Below, one piece after another: positions 17,652 through 25,861 of a stretch of 61,592 nucleotides of DNA. Each line of letters begins with the position of its first letter. The first letter of the stretch is position 1. Position numbers and translations under genes: made by a program. The notes under the pieces were generated by a model. The model was not told where the DNA came from. It made no database searches and was given only the letters and a program-made list of their open reading frames with translations. This stretch comes from an uncultured Actinomycetes bacterium (lineage in GTDB: Bacteria; Actinomycetota; Actinomycetes; S36-B12; GCA-2699445). The stretch spans positions 1-61,592 of the forward strand of contig CAZECO010000003.1 in assembly GCA_964510455.1 (NCBI GenBank), read 5' to 3'.

Positions 17652-20197
17652 CCCGGGCGGGCTGGCATGTGCGGATGGGTTCGGTCGTGCTGGCGTGGAT
17701 CGCCGCGGCCGGCATGGTGTCGGTGCTGCATCGGCAGGTGCCCGCCGCGGGCTGGCTGATGGTGCATCTGCTGCTCCTGGGGGCGGTGAGCAACGCGCTG
17801 CTGGTGTGGAGCTGGCACTTCACGCAGGCGGTCCTGCGGCTGCCGGCGCCGGACCGGCGTGCGGAGGCGGCGCGGCTGATCGTTTTCAATGCGGGCGCGC
17901 TGGCCGTGGTCGGCGGCGTGATCGCCGATGCGCAGGGCCTCGTGGCGCTGGGTGGAGCGGTGGCGGCGGCCGCGGTCGTGACGCATGTGGTCGTGCTGGT
18001 CCGGGCGCTGCGCGGGGCGCTGCCGAGCCGGTTCGCCGTGACCGTGCGCTTCTATGTGGCCGCCGGAGCGCTGGCCGTGCCGACGATCGGCCTCGGGGTC
18101 GCCCTGGCCCGGGGCGCGCTGTCCGGCCTGGACCCCTCCGGAGTCGTCCTGGCCCACGCCGCGCTCGGCCTGCTCGGCTGGGTGGGACTGCCGATCCTGG
18201 GCACCCTGCTGACCCTGTGGCCGACCATGCTGCGCACCCGCATCGCCGGCACCGCGGAGCGGCACGCCCGGCAGGCCCTGCCCGCACTGGTGCTCGCGAC
18301 GCTGGTCGCCGCCGGCGGCCTGCTCGGCGGCGCGCCGATCATCGGCGGGCTCGGTGTGGCCGCGTACCTCTTGGCCGCGGTCTGGAGCATGGGGCCGATG
18401 GTGACGGAGATGCGCCGGCGCCCGCCCGCCTCCTTCGCCACCTGGTCGACGCTGGCCGGTGTCTGTTGGATCGGCGCGGCCCTGTTCGCCTTCGCGGTCG
18501 CGCTGCTCGCCTCGACGGGTTCCGCGGGCGGCAGGCTGACGGCCGCAGCCGTCGTCGGCGGGGTGCTGCAGGTGCTGCTCGGCTCGCTGTCCTACCTGCT
18601 GCCGGTGATGGCGGGCGGCGGGCCGGTCGCGGTCCGGGCCCGCAACGAGCGGGTCGACCGGGCGATGGCCCTCCGATTGGTGGTGACCAACCTGGCGCTG
18701 GCGCTATGCGTGTTGCCGAGCCCGTCGGCGGTGCGCGTGGTGGCGTCCGTCGCGGTGCTCGGCGCACTCGGCGCAACTGTCGCCGCGATCGGTACCTCGA
18801 TACGCGGGCAGCGTTCCGCGGCGAAGGGCGACCCGGCTGCTGTTCCGCCGGGCTGGGCCGCCCGTCACGGCTCGGGGCTGGCCGTCGGCCTGGCGATCGT
18901 GATGCTCGCGCTGTCGGCCGGCGTCGCCTTCGACCCTGCGGCGCTCGGCAGCGGTGCCTCGGGCGCCGCCCCCTCGGACGCCGGAGCCGCGCCGACGGGC
19001 GTCACGACCCGAGTGGAGGTTGCGGTCGAGGGAATGCGCTTCGTCCCGGACACCATCAGCGTCCCTGCCGGCAACTCCCTGGTGATCACGCTGACCAACA
19101 CCGGCGACGATGTCCACGACCTGACCTTGGAGACTGGGCAGCGCACCCCGCGCCTGAGCCCGGGCGAATCCGCGACGATGGACCTCGGGGTGATCGGCCG
19201 CGACCTGTCCGGTTGGTGCTCCATCGCCGGCCATCGGCAGATGGGAATGGTGCTGGCCATCGACGTGCCGGGGTCACAGACGGCCACCCATGATCATGCG
19301 AGTTCGGCGGACGGCGAGGCGCCGCGGGTGGACCTGATGGCGTCCCCGGGCGCCGGCTTCTCGGCCCGCGACGCGCGCCTGGCCCCGGCTCCGCCGGAAC
19401 GCGAGCACCACGTCCGCCTGGTCGTCACGGAGGTCGTCGCGGAGGTCGCCCCCGGGGTGCGGCAGACCCGCTGGACGTTCGGCGGCACGGTCCCGGGACC
19501 GGTGCTGCGGGGGAAGGTCGGCGACACGTTCGTCGTCACGCTCGTCAACGACGGCAGCATCGGCCACTCCATCGACTTCCACGCCGGCGCGCTGGCGCCC
19601 GACGGTCCGATGCGCACGATCGCGCCCGGCGAGGAGCTGGAGTACCGGTTCACCGCGAACCGGGCGGGGATCTGGATGTACCACTGCTCGACCATGCCGA
19701 TGTCGATGCACATCGCCAACGGGATGTTCGGGGCCGTCGTGATCGACCCGCCGGACCTGCCCGAGGTGGACCGGGAGTTCCTGCTGGTGCAGTCCGAGGC
19801 CTACCTGGGGCCGCAGGAGGGCACCGCAGACGCGGAGGCGATCGCCGCTGGCGAGGCGGACCTGGTGACGTTCAACGGGTACCCGATGCAGTACGACCAC
19901 GCGCCGCTGCAGGCCGGCGTCGGCGAGCGGATCCGCATCTGGGTGCTCGCCGCCGGGCCGAACCGGGGCAGCTCGTTCCACGTCGTCGGCGGCCAGTTCG
20001 ACACCGTCTACCGGGAAGGGGCGGTGGAACTGGCCCCCGGAAGCGGGGGAGCGCAGGCCTTGGGCCTGTTCCCGGCCCAGGGCGGATACGTCGAACTGGT
20101 GCTGCCCGAGGCCGGCAACTACCCGTTCGTCACGCACGCCATGAGCGATGCCGAGCGCGGGGCGCACGGCATCCTGCACGCCGGGCCGGTCGGCTGA
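17648..20197 (+). CDS. nirK: Copper nitrite reductase fused to an N-terminal polytopic membrane domain and a cupredoxin domain (849 aa)
   Basis: Cupredoxin type-1 site 'WCSIAGHRQMGM'. NirK motifs 'HSIDFHAG', 'MYHCSTMPMSMHIANGM', 'SSFHVVG' and 'YPFVTHAM'. ATG at 17648 is coupled to the upstream stop. Confidence 0.85.
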   Translation: MTRAGWHVRMGSVVLAWIAAAGMVSVLHRQVPAAGWLMVHLLLLGAVSNALLVWSWHFTQAVLRLPAPDRRAEAARLIVFNAGALAVVGGVIADAQGLVALGGAVAAAAVVTHVVVLVRALRGALPSRFAVTVRFYVAAGALAVPTIGLGVALARGALSGLDPSGVVLAHAALGLLGWVGLPILGTLLTLWPTMLRTRIAGTAERHARQALPALVLATLVAAGGLLGGAPIIGGLGVAAYLLAAVWSMGPMVTEMRRRPPASFATWSTLAGVCWIGAALFAFAVALLASTGSAGGRLTAAAVVGGVLQVLLGSLSYLLPVMAGGGPVAVRARNERVDRAMALRLVVTNLALALCVLPSPSAVRVVASVAVLGALGATVAAIGTSIRGQRSAAKGDPAAVPPGWAARHGSGLAVGLAIVMLALSAGVAFDPAALGSGASGAAPSDAGAAPTGVTTRVEVAVEGMRFVPDTISVPAGNSLVITLTNTGDDVHDLTLETGQRTPRLSPGESATMDLGVIGRDLSGWCSIAGHRQMGMVLAIDVPGSQTATHDHASSADGEAPRVDLMASPGAGFSARDARLAPAPPEREHHVRLVVTEVVAEVAPGVRQTRWTFGGTVPGPVLRGKVGDTFVVTLVNDGSIGHSIDFHAGALAPDGPMRTIAPGEELEYRFTANRAGIWMYHCSTMPMSMHIANGMFGAVVIDPPDLPEVDREFLLVQSEAYLGPQEGTADAEAIAAGEADLVTFNGYPMQYDHAPLQAGVGERIRIWVLAAGPNRGSSFHVVGGQFDTVYREGAVELAPGSGGAQALGLFPAQGGYVELVLPEAGNYPFVTHAMSDAERGAHGILHAGPVG

Positions 20198-20262
20198 TCT
20201 CCGAGGCCGGGGCCGGTGACGTTCAGAAGCGTCTGCAGGTCATGACCGGCAGCCCGGCTAGC

Positions 20263-21441
20263 CTACGAGGCAACGGGCAGCAGGCGCTCGATGTCGTCGG
20301 CGAACCCAAAGCTGCCGGGCTGGTAGGCGCACAACGGGTCGTCGCCGAGCAGGTCGCCGGTGGCGCCAAAGGCCCGCGGGCGCGAACCCCCGCACACCCG
20401 GCGGAACTCGCAGGCTCCGCAGCGGTCAGTCGGCGCGTCGGGATCGCGCAGCTGCCGGAAGAGCGTCGAGTCCCGGTAGATGCTGGTCAGTGGCCGGTCC
20501 TGCACGTTGCCGGCGGACACCGGGAGGAATCCGCTGGGGTACACCTGTCCGGTGTGGGAGACGAAGGCGAATCCCCGGCCGGCGCTGATCGGCAGGGGCG
20601 GGCGGCGAGGTCCCTCATCGTTCTCAGGCAGCCCCAACTCCCGCATCCGCTGCACGAGGTAGTCGTATTCGACACCGGTCAGTCCGGCTCCCTTCAGCGG
20701 GATGCCCCGGTCAGCGAGGATGCGCCGTTGGAAGCTGACGCGACGGAACGCGGGCGCCTCGGTGGTCTTCACCGACACGATCCGGTTGGCGTCGTAGCAG
20801 AAGTGCAGAACGTCCTCGGTTTGCTGCGCCCTCAGTTGCGGCAGGTGCGTTCCGCGGCCGGTGGGGACGAGGAAGAACAACGACCAGGTCAGCGCTCCGC
20901 GGGAGTGGATCAGGGCCAGCAGGTCGGGCAGTTGGCGGAAGTTGGAGGGCGTCACGGCTGTGTTGATCTGGACCCGCAGCCCCAGCTCCTTGGCCCTCGC
21001 CCACCCGGCCAGCGTGAGGTTGAAGCTCCCCTCGACGCCGCGGAACCCGTCGTGGGTGGGAGCATCGGCGCCGTCGATGCTCAGCGAGATCGCGCTCGCG
21101 CCGGCCTCCCGCAACCGGCGCAGGTTCGGCTCGTTCAAGGCGGGCGTCCCGGACGGCGACACCGCGACCGGCAGCCCGATGCCCGCCCCGTGGGCTACGA
21201 GTTCGTACAGGTCGGGCCGCATGAACGGGTCCCCGCCGGTGATGACGAAGAAGGGGGGCGGTTGGCCGACCGAGCGGACATCGTCCATCAGGTCGCACGC
21301 CTGCTGCGTCGTCAGCTCCCAGGGGCTGCGCTGCGGGATCGCCTCCGCCCGGCAGTGCAGACAGGCCAGCGCGCAGGCCCGCGTGGCCTCCCAGATGACG
21401 ATGAACGGGCGCTGGGCCAGATCCATGTGCGCCGTGCGCAT
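20263..21441 (-). CDS. Radical SAM/SPASM-type protein (TIGR04053-like, NirJ/Ahb-related clade)
   Basis: CALACLHC in 'IVIWEATRAC..C..CRA' and C-terminal 'CGACEFRRVCGGSRPRA...DPLC'. Confidence 0.85.
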   Translation of the reverse strand: MRTAHMDLAQRPFIVIWEATRACALACLHCRAEAIPQRSPWELTTQQACDLMDDVRSVGQPPPFFVITGGDPFMRPDLYELVAHGAGIGLPVAVSPSGTPALNEPNLRRLREAGASAISLSIDGADAPTHDGFRGVEGSFNLTLAGWARAKELGLRVQINTAVTPSNFRQLPDLLALIHSRGALTWSLFFLVPTGRGTHLPQLRAQQTEDVLHFCYDANRIVSVKTTEAPAFRRVSFQRRILADRGIPLKGAGLTGVEYDYLVQRMRELGLPENDEGPRRPPLPISAGRGFAFVSHTGQVYPSGFLPVSAGNVQDRPLTSIYRDSTLFRQLRDPDAPTDRCGACEFRRVCGGSRPRAFGATGDLLGDDPLCAYQPGSFGFADDIERLLPVAS

Positions 21442-21485
21442 GACGGGCCGCCCGGTCCTACCGACGCCCGCCCCCGGGCCAGGCA

Positions 21486-21785
21486 TCAGGGGGTGCGGAC
21501 CAGCCGCAGCCGCCATTCCTGCGGCCCCCGCTGCAGGTACTCGACCTGAATCGCGCCGTCGTAGCGCTGCTCGGCCTGGGCCAGCAGCGGCAGCGGGTCG
21601 TGCGGGGCGATCAGCACCAGCCCGCCTCCCGGCGCGATGGAGTCCAGGGCGCCGAAGATCGTGGCATGCCTGATCGCGTGCGGGATGGCTCGGGCGTCCA
21701 GCACCGGCTCGGCATCGTGCTCGTGCCCGCAGCCGCACTGGTGCTCGGCCTGCGCCAGCGGGATCTCGGTACGTGAGTCGGTCAT
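21486..21785 (-). CDS. DUF2249 domain protein
   Basis: 'VLDARAIPHAIRHATIFGAL...LIAPHDPLPLL..QRGPQEW' with an N-terminal 'HQCGCGH'. Confidence 0.85.
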   Translation of the reverse strand: MTDSRTEIPLAQAEHQCGCGHEHDAEPVLDARAIPHAIRHATIFGALDSIAPGGGLVLIAPHDPLPLLAQAEQRYDGAIQVEYLQRGPQEWRLRLVRTP

Positions 21786-21827
21786 CAGGTTCCCTTTCGT
21801 CATGGGTCAATCAGCCTAGGATTCAGT

Positions 21828-21851
21828 TTACTACGGTGCTTGCCGTAAAAA
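21828..21851. promoter_or_regulatory. Candidate operator TTACTA-N12-TAAAAA
   Basis: AT-rich 6-12-6 motif upstream of DUF2249 and the radical SAM gene. Confidence 0.5.
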
Positions 21852-21870
21852 AAGATATGGGACGGCCAGG

Positions 21871-22650
21871 TCAACCCAGCGCCAGCGCCGTACCGATCAC
21901 CACGAGCACTGACACCAGGGACTCGACCGCGCCGATCACCCCGGGCCTGCTCCCGGCGGGCACGGCGTAGGCGCGCGTCGCGGCGGCGCCGAAGGGCAGG
22001 AGCAGCCACGGCGACAATAGGCCCAGGCCGAGCGCGGCGGTGTGGAACACCCGCGACGCCACCGCCCACCGGCGGTCCCCGGCCTCCCTGATGAGCGACT
22101 TGACGTGCAGAACGGATCCGGTGAAGAACACCAGGCAGATGCCCGCCGCCGCCCACGCTTCGGCGGGCGGTCGGGCGTCGATCGTGATGGCCCACATCAG
22201 CGGGACCGCCAGCGCCGCCTGGGCCACCAGCAGCAGGTCGTTGCCGACCCCGCGCTCCCGTCCGGCCCGGGCCAGCCACAGGCTGGCCGACCAGGCGAGG
22301 GCGAGCACCGGCGCCAGCACGATCAGCCAGGGCCGAAGCACCAGCAGGACGGCGGCGGGGACTAGGGCCATCGCAATCCAGGGTGCTGCTGCCGACAGCT
22401 CGCGCTTGGCGAGCCGCGACCACGTGCCGCGCCGCCATCGGATCACCACCGCCCGGCTGGCGAAGAAGCTGGCCGGGTAGGACAGGAACCAGGCCAGGGC
22501 GAAGCACACGCCGATCGCGGTCCAGCCCGCCAGGATGAACACCAGCAGGACCGGGACGGCCAGGAACGCCCAGGCGCCGTGCTGGTTGGGGATGGCCAGG
22601 CTCCGCCGGCGCGGACGCGCCTTGGGCGGCGCCGACGTCGTGGTGGTCAC
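21871..22650 (-). CDS. YwiC-like membrane protein
   Basis: 'IPNQHGAW' signature, multiple TM segments and 'FFTGSVLHVKSLIRE'; start overlaps the narI stop. Confidence 0.85.
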   Translation of the reverse strand: MTTTTSAPPKARPRRRSLAIPNQHGAWAFLAVPVLLVFILAGWTAIGVCFALAWFLSYPASFFASRAVVIRWRRGTWSRLAKRELSAAAPWIAMALVPAAVLLVLRPWLIVLAPVLALAWSASLWLARAGRERGVGNDLLLVAQAALAVPLMWAITIDARPPAEAWAAAGICLVFFTGSVLHVKSLIREAGDRRWAVASRVFHTAALGLGLLSPWLLLPFGAAATRAYAVPAGSRPGVIGAVESLVSVLVVIGTALALG

Positions 22651-23390
22651 CCGACCTTCTCCCAGCCGCGCCTCGGGGGCCGGTTGCCCGCGTCGTGCGG
22701 TCCGCGGTCCCGGTAGACGACGTACGGCCGGAACAGGTAGCCGATCGGCGCGCTGAAGGCGTGCACCAGCCGGGTGAACGGCCACACCATGAACAGCGCC
22801 AGGCCCGCGACGGCGTGCACGCGGAACGCCAGCGGCGCACCCGCCATCAGCTCCGGCTGCGGGTTGAGCAGGAAGATCGACCGGAACCAGACCGAGACGT
22901 CCTCGCGGTAGTTGTGGCCCTCGCCGATCACCCCGGCGCCGACCATGGTGGCGATGACGCCCAGGCAGATCGCCGATACCAGGAACACGTACATGGTCTT
23001 GTCGTTCTTCGTCGTCGCGGCGAAGACCGGGCCCACCGTGCGGCGGCGGTAGATGAGCAGCGCGATGCCGGCGACGGTCGCGAACCCGGCGAAGGCGCCC
23101 AGCGTCACGGCGAAGAAGTGGTACACGGATTCGGAGATCCCCAGCGCCTCGGTCCAGGACTCGGGAACGAGCAGCCCCATCACATGCCCCATGGCGACGG
23201 CCAGGATGCCGAAGTGGAACAGCGGGCTGGCGATGCGGATCAGCTTGCGCTCGTACAGCTGGCTGGAGCGGGTCGTCCAGCCGAACTTGTCGTACCGGTA
23301 GCGCCAGATCGTGCCCACCACGAACACCGCGATCGTCACGTAGGGCAGCACCACCCACAGCAGGATGTCCAGGGTGGTCGAATCGCTCAT
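22647..23390 (-). CDS. narI: Respiratory nitrate reductase gamma subunit
   Basis: 'WRYRYDKFGWTTRSSQLYE', 'LFHFGIL..GH' and 'WPFTRLVHAFSAP'. Confidence 0.97.
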   Translation of the reverse strand: MSDSTTLDILLWVVLPYVTIAVFVVGTIWRYRYDKFGWTTRSSQLYERKLIRIASPLFHFGILAVAMGHVMGLLVPESWTEALGISESVYHFFAVTLGAFAGFATVAGIALLIYRRRTVGPVFAATTKNDKTMYVFLVSAICLGVIATMVGAGVIGEGHNYREDVSVWFRSIFLLNPQPELMAGAPLAFRVHAVAGLALFMVWPFTRLVHAFSAPIGYLFRPYVVYRDRGPHDAGNRPPRRGWEKVG

Positions 23391-24025
23391 CGCCGGGCCC
23401 CGATCGTGACCAGCGGGAGGGTCGCCGAGTACGGCTCCAGCCCGACCCGCTCCACCGGCGGCCCGCCCGCGGCCAGTTGCGCCATCCGGGCGCGGACCTC
23501 GGGGGTCAGCGCAGGCAGGGTCGCGATGACTGCGTCGACCACATGCGAATAGGGCGAGTCCAGACCGACCAGGGCCTCGCGCAGCAGCCGCACCGGTCCG
23601 GCGTGCTCGGCGAGCAGCGCATCGCCGGTGAGCCGGTCGCCGACCGCGGCGAACTCCAGCACGACCGACAGGTGGTCCGCCAGCTCCTTGTCGCCCGGGT
23701 CGAAACCCGCCTCCAGGTAGGCCTGCTTGAAGCGCAGGATCGCCACCCCGCGGTTGCGGGTGTCGCCGTCGGTCCAGTACGTCAGGTACGGGCAGGCGCG
23801 GCGCTTCATGTCGAAGACCGACACATGGTGCCGCTGCACGTCCATGAGCGGCGTCTCGGCGAGGTGATCGAGGAACGCGCCGAGCGGATCGCCCAGGGCG
23901 GGCGGCAGGGTCGCGACTGCCGCGCCGATCCGCGGCAGGCGGGCCGCGAGCTCCTCGTCCGGGTACCACAGCAGCCACGATGCGGCTAGCCGCGCCGCCG
24001 CCACCTGATCGGCGTGATGGTTCAT
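23387..24025 (-). CDS. narJ: Nitrate reductase molybdenum cofactor assembly chaperone
   Basis: 'YLTYWTDGDTRNRG' and 'ELADHLSVVLEFAA'; lies between narH and narI. Confidence 0.95.
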   Translation of the reverse strand: MNHHADQVAAARLAASWLLWYPDEELAARLPRIGAAVATLPPALGDPLGAFLDHLAETPLMDVQRHHVSVFDMKRRACPYLTYWTDGDTRNRGVAILRFKQAYLEAGFDPGDKELADHLSVVLEFAAVGDRLTGDALLAEHAGPVRLLREALVGLDSPYSHVVDAVIATLPALTPEVRARMAQLAAGGPPVERVGLEPYSATLPLVTIGARR

Positions 24026-25698
24026 TCGTCCTCCCCCTTGGTGCGCCGCGGCGGAATCGTCGGGATGCCCAGCGGCACCCCGACGCCGTCCCAATTCAGC
24101 AGGCCGACCCGGGCGCCGCGATCCTCCGCGGGCACGATCGTCTCCGACGTCTGCCGCTGCTTCAGGGCGTGGAACGTCTCCACCGCCACGGGCTGCGGAC
24201 GTCCCGACGCCTCGCCGAACGGGCCGGACTCGTACATGCCCGGGGCGCCCTCGTAGTCCAGCGAGCAGGCCAGCTCGTCCAGCGTCCGGGCCGTCTCGGT
24301 GTGCGCCTTCGGGATGACGTAGCGGTCCTCGTACTTGGCGATCGCGAGCAGCCGGTACAGCTCGTACATCTGCTCCTCGGTCATCCCGACCGCCTCGCAC
24401 AGCTCGGGACGCGCCTCGTTGCCCAGGTTGTGGTCGCGCATGTACGAGCGCATCGCCGCCAGGATGTGCAGCGAACGCTTGACCGGCACCACGTCGCCAG
24501 CGGTGAACAACTCGGCGAGGTACTCGATCGGGATCCGCAGCGAGGACAGCGCCCCGAACAGGTTCCCGGCGTCCTCGGCGTCGTGGCCGGTGTCCCGCAG
24601 CGCGTCCACGACCGGGGACAGCGGTGGGATGTACCAGACCATGGGCATCGTCCGGTACTCCGGGTGCAGCGGCAGGGCGACGCGATACTCGCAGGCCAGC
24701 CGGTAGACCGGCGACCGGCCCGCCGCCTCGATCCAGTCGTCCGGGATGCCGTCCCGCCGGGCGGCATCGATAACGGCCGGATCGTTCGGGTCCAGCAACA
24801 GGTCCAGTTGCGCCTCGTACAGGTCGCGCTCGTTGGGTGTCGAGGCGGCCGCGGTCACGCGATCGGCGTCGTACAGGAACAGTCCGAGGTAGCGAAGCCG
24901 GCCCACGCAGGTCTCCGAGCAGACGGTCGGCAGCCCAACCTCGATCCTGGGGTAGCACATGGTGCATTTCTCGGCCTTGCCAGTGCGGTGGTTGAAGAAC
25001 ACCTTCTTGTACGGGCAGCCCGAGACGCACATCCGCCAACCGCGGCAAGCGTCCTGGTCGACCAGCACGATGCCGTCCTCACTGCGCTTGTACATCGCCC
25101 CGGAGGGACAGGACGCGACGCAGGAGGGGTTCAGGCAGTGCTCGCAGATCCGCGGCAGGTAGAACATGAACGCCTGCTCGAACTCCAACTTCACGCGATC
25201 GCCGACCTCGCCCTTGATCTTCTTCAGGACCGGGTCGTTGGGCGCGAGTTCGGGGCCGCCAGCCAGATCGTCGTCCCAGTTGGCCGACCACTCGATCTTC
25301 ATCGGCTTGCCGCTGATCAGCGACTTCGGCCTGGCGACCGGGGTGTGCTCCCCCAGCGGGGCGGAGATCAGCGTGTCGTACTCGTAGGTCCACGGCTCGT
25401 AGTAGTCGCTCATGAGCGGAAGCTTGGGGTTGCTGAAGATCTTCGAGAGCCGATGCAGCCGCCCGCCGGCCCGCAGCCGCAGTTTCCCGCGCTTGACGAT
25501 CCAGCCGCCCTGCCACTTCTCCTGGTCCTGATACGTGCGCGGGTAGCCCTGGCCGGGCCGGGTCTCCACGTTGTTGAACCACGCGTACTCCATGCCGGCC
25601 CGGTTGGTCCAAGCCTGCTTGCAGGTCACCGAGCACGTGTGGCACCCGATGCACTTGTCGAGGTTCATCACCATGCCGACTTGCGCCATAACCTTCAT
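24022..25698 (-). CDS. narH: Respiratory nitrate reductase beta subunit
   Basis: 'MKVMAQVGMVMNLDKCIGCHTCSVTCK', 'CEHCLNPSCVASC' and 'CRGWRMCVSGC'; GAGGAG RBS. Confidence 0.98.
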   Translation of the reverse strand: MKVMAQVGMVMNLDKCIGCHTCSVTCKQAWTNRAGMEYAWFNNVETRPGQGYPRTYQDQEKWQGGWIVKRGKLRLRAGGRLHRLSKIFSNPKLPLMSDYYEPWTYEYDTLISAPLGEHTPVARPKSLISGKPMKIEWSANWDDDLAGGPELAPNDPVLKKIKGEVGDRVKLEFEQAFMFYLPRICEHCLNPSCVASCPSGAMYKRSEDGIVLVDQDACRGWRMCVSGCPYKKVFFNHRTGKAEKCTMCYPRIEVGLPTVCSETCVGRLRYLGLFLYDADRVTAAASTPNERDLYEAQLDLLLDPNDPAVIDAARRDGIPDDWIEAAGRSPVYRLACEYRVALPLHPEYRTMPMVWYIPPLSPVVDALRDTGHDAEDAGNLFGALSSLRIPIEYLAELFTAGDVVPVKRSLHILAAMRSYMRDHNLGNEARPELCEAVGMTEEQMYELYRLLAIAKYEDRYVIPKAHTETARTLDELACSLDYEGAPGMYESGPFGEASGRPQPVAVETFHALKQRQTSETIVPAEDRGARVGLLNWDGVGVPLGIPTIPPRRTKGEDE

Positions 25699-25861
25699 CT
25701 GGTCGTCCTCCTCGTGCGTGGGGAGCATTGGGCCGTCCGGAATCGATGATGATGCGCGACGCCGGAGGATGGCGATTCTGGGCGGATTCGACCGGATGTG
25801 GCTGATTCCAGGCGCCAATCGTGCAACCGCCGACGATCTGCGACTCGGCTGCCCTGGTCCA

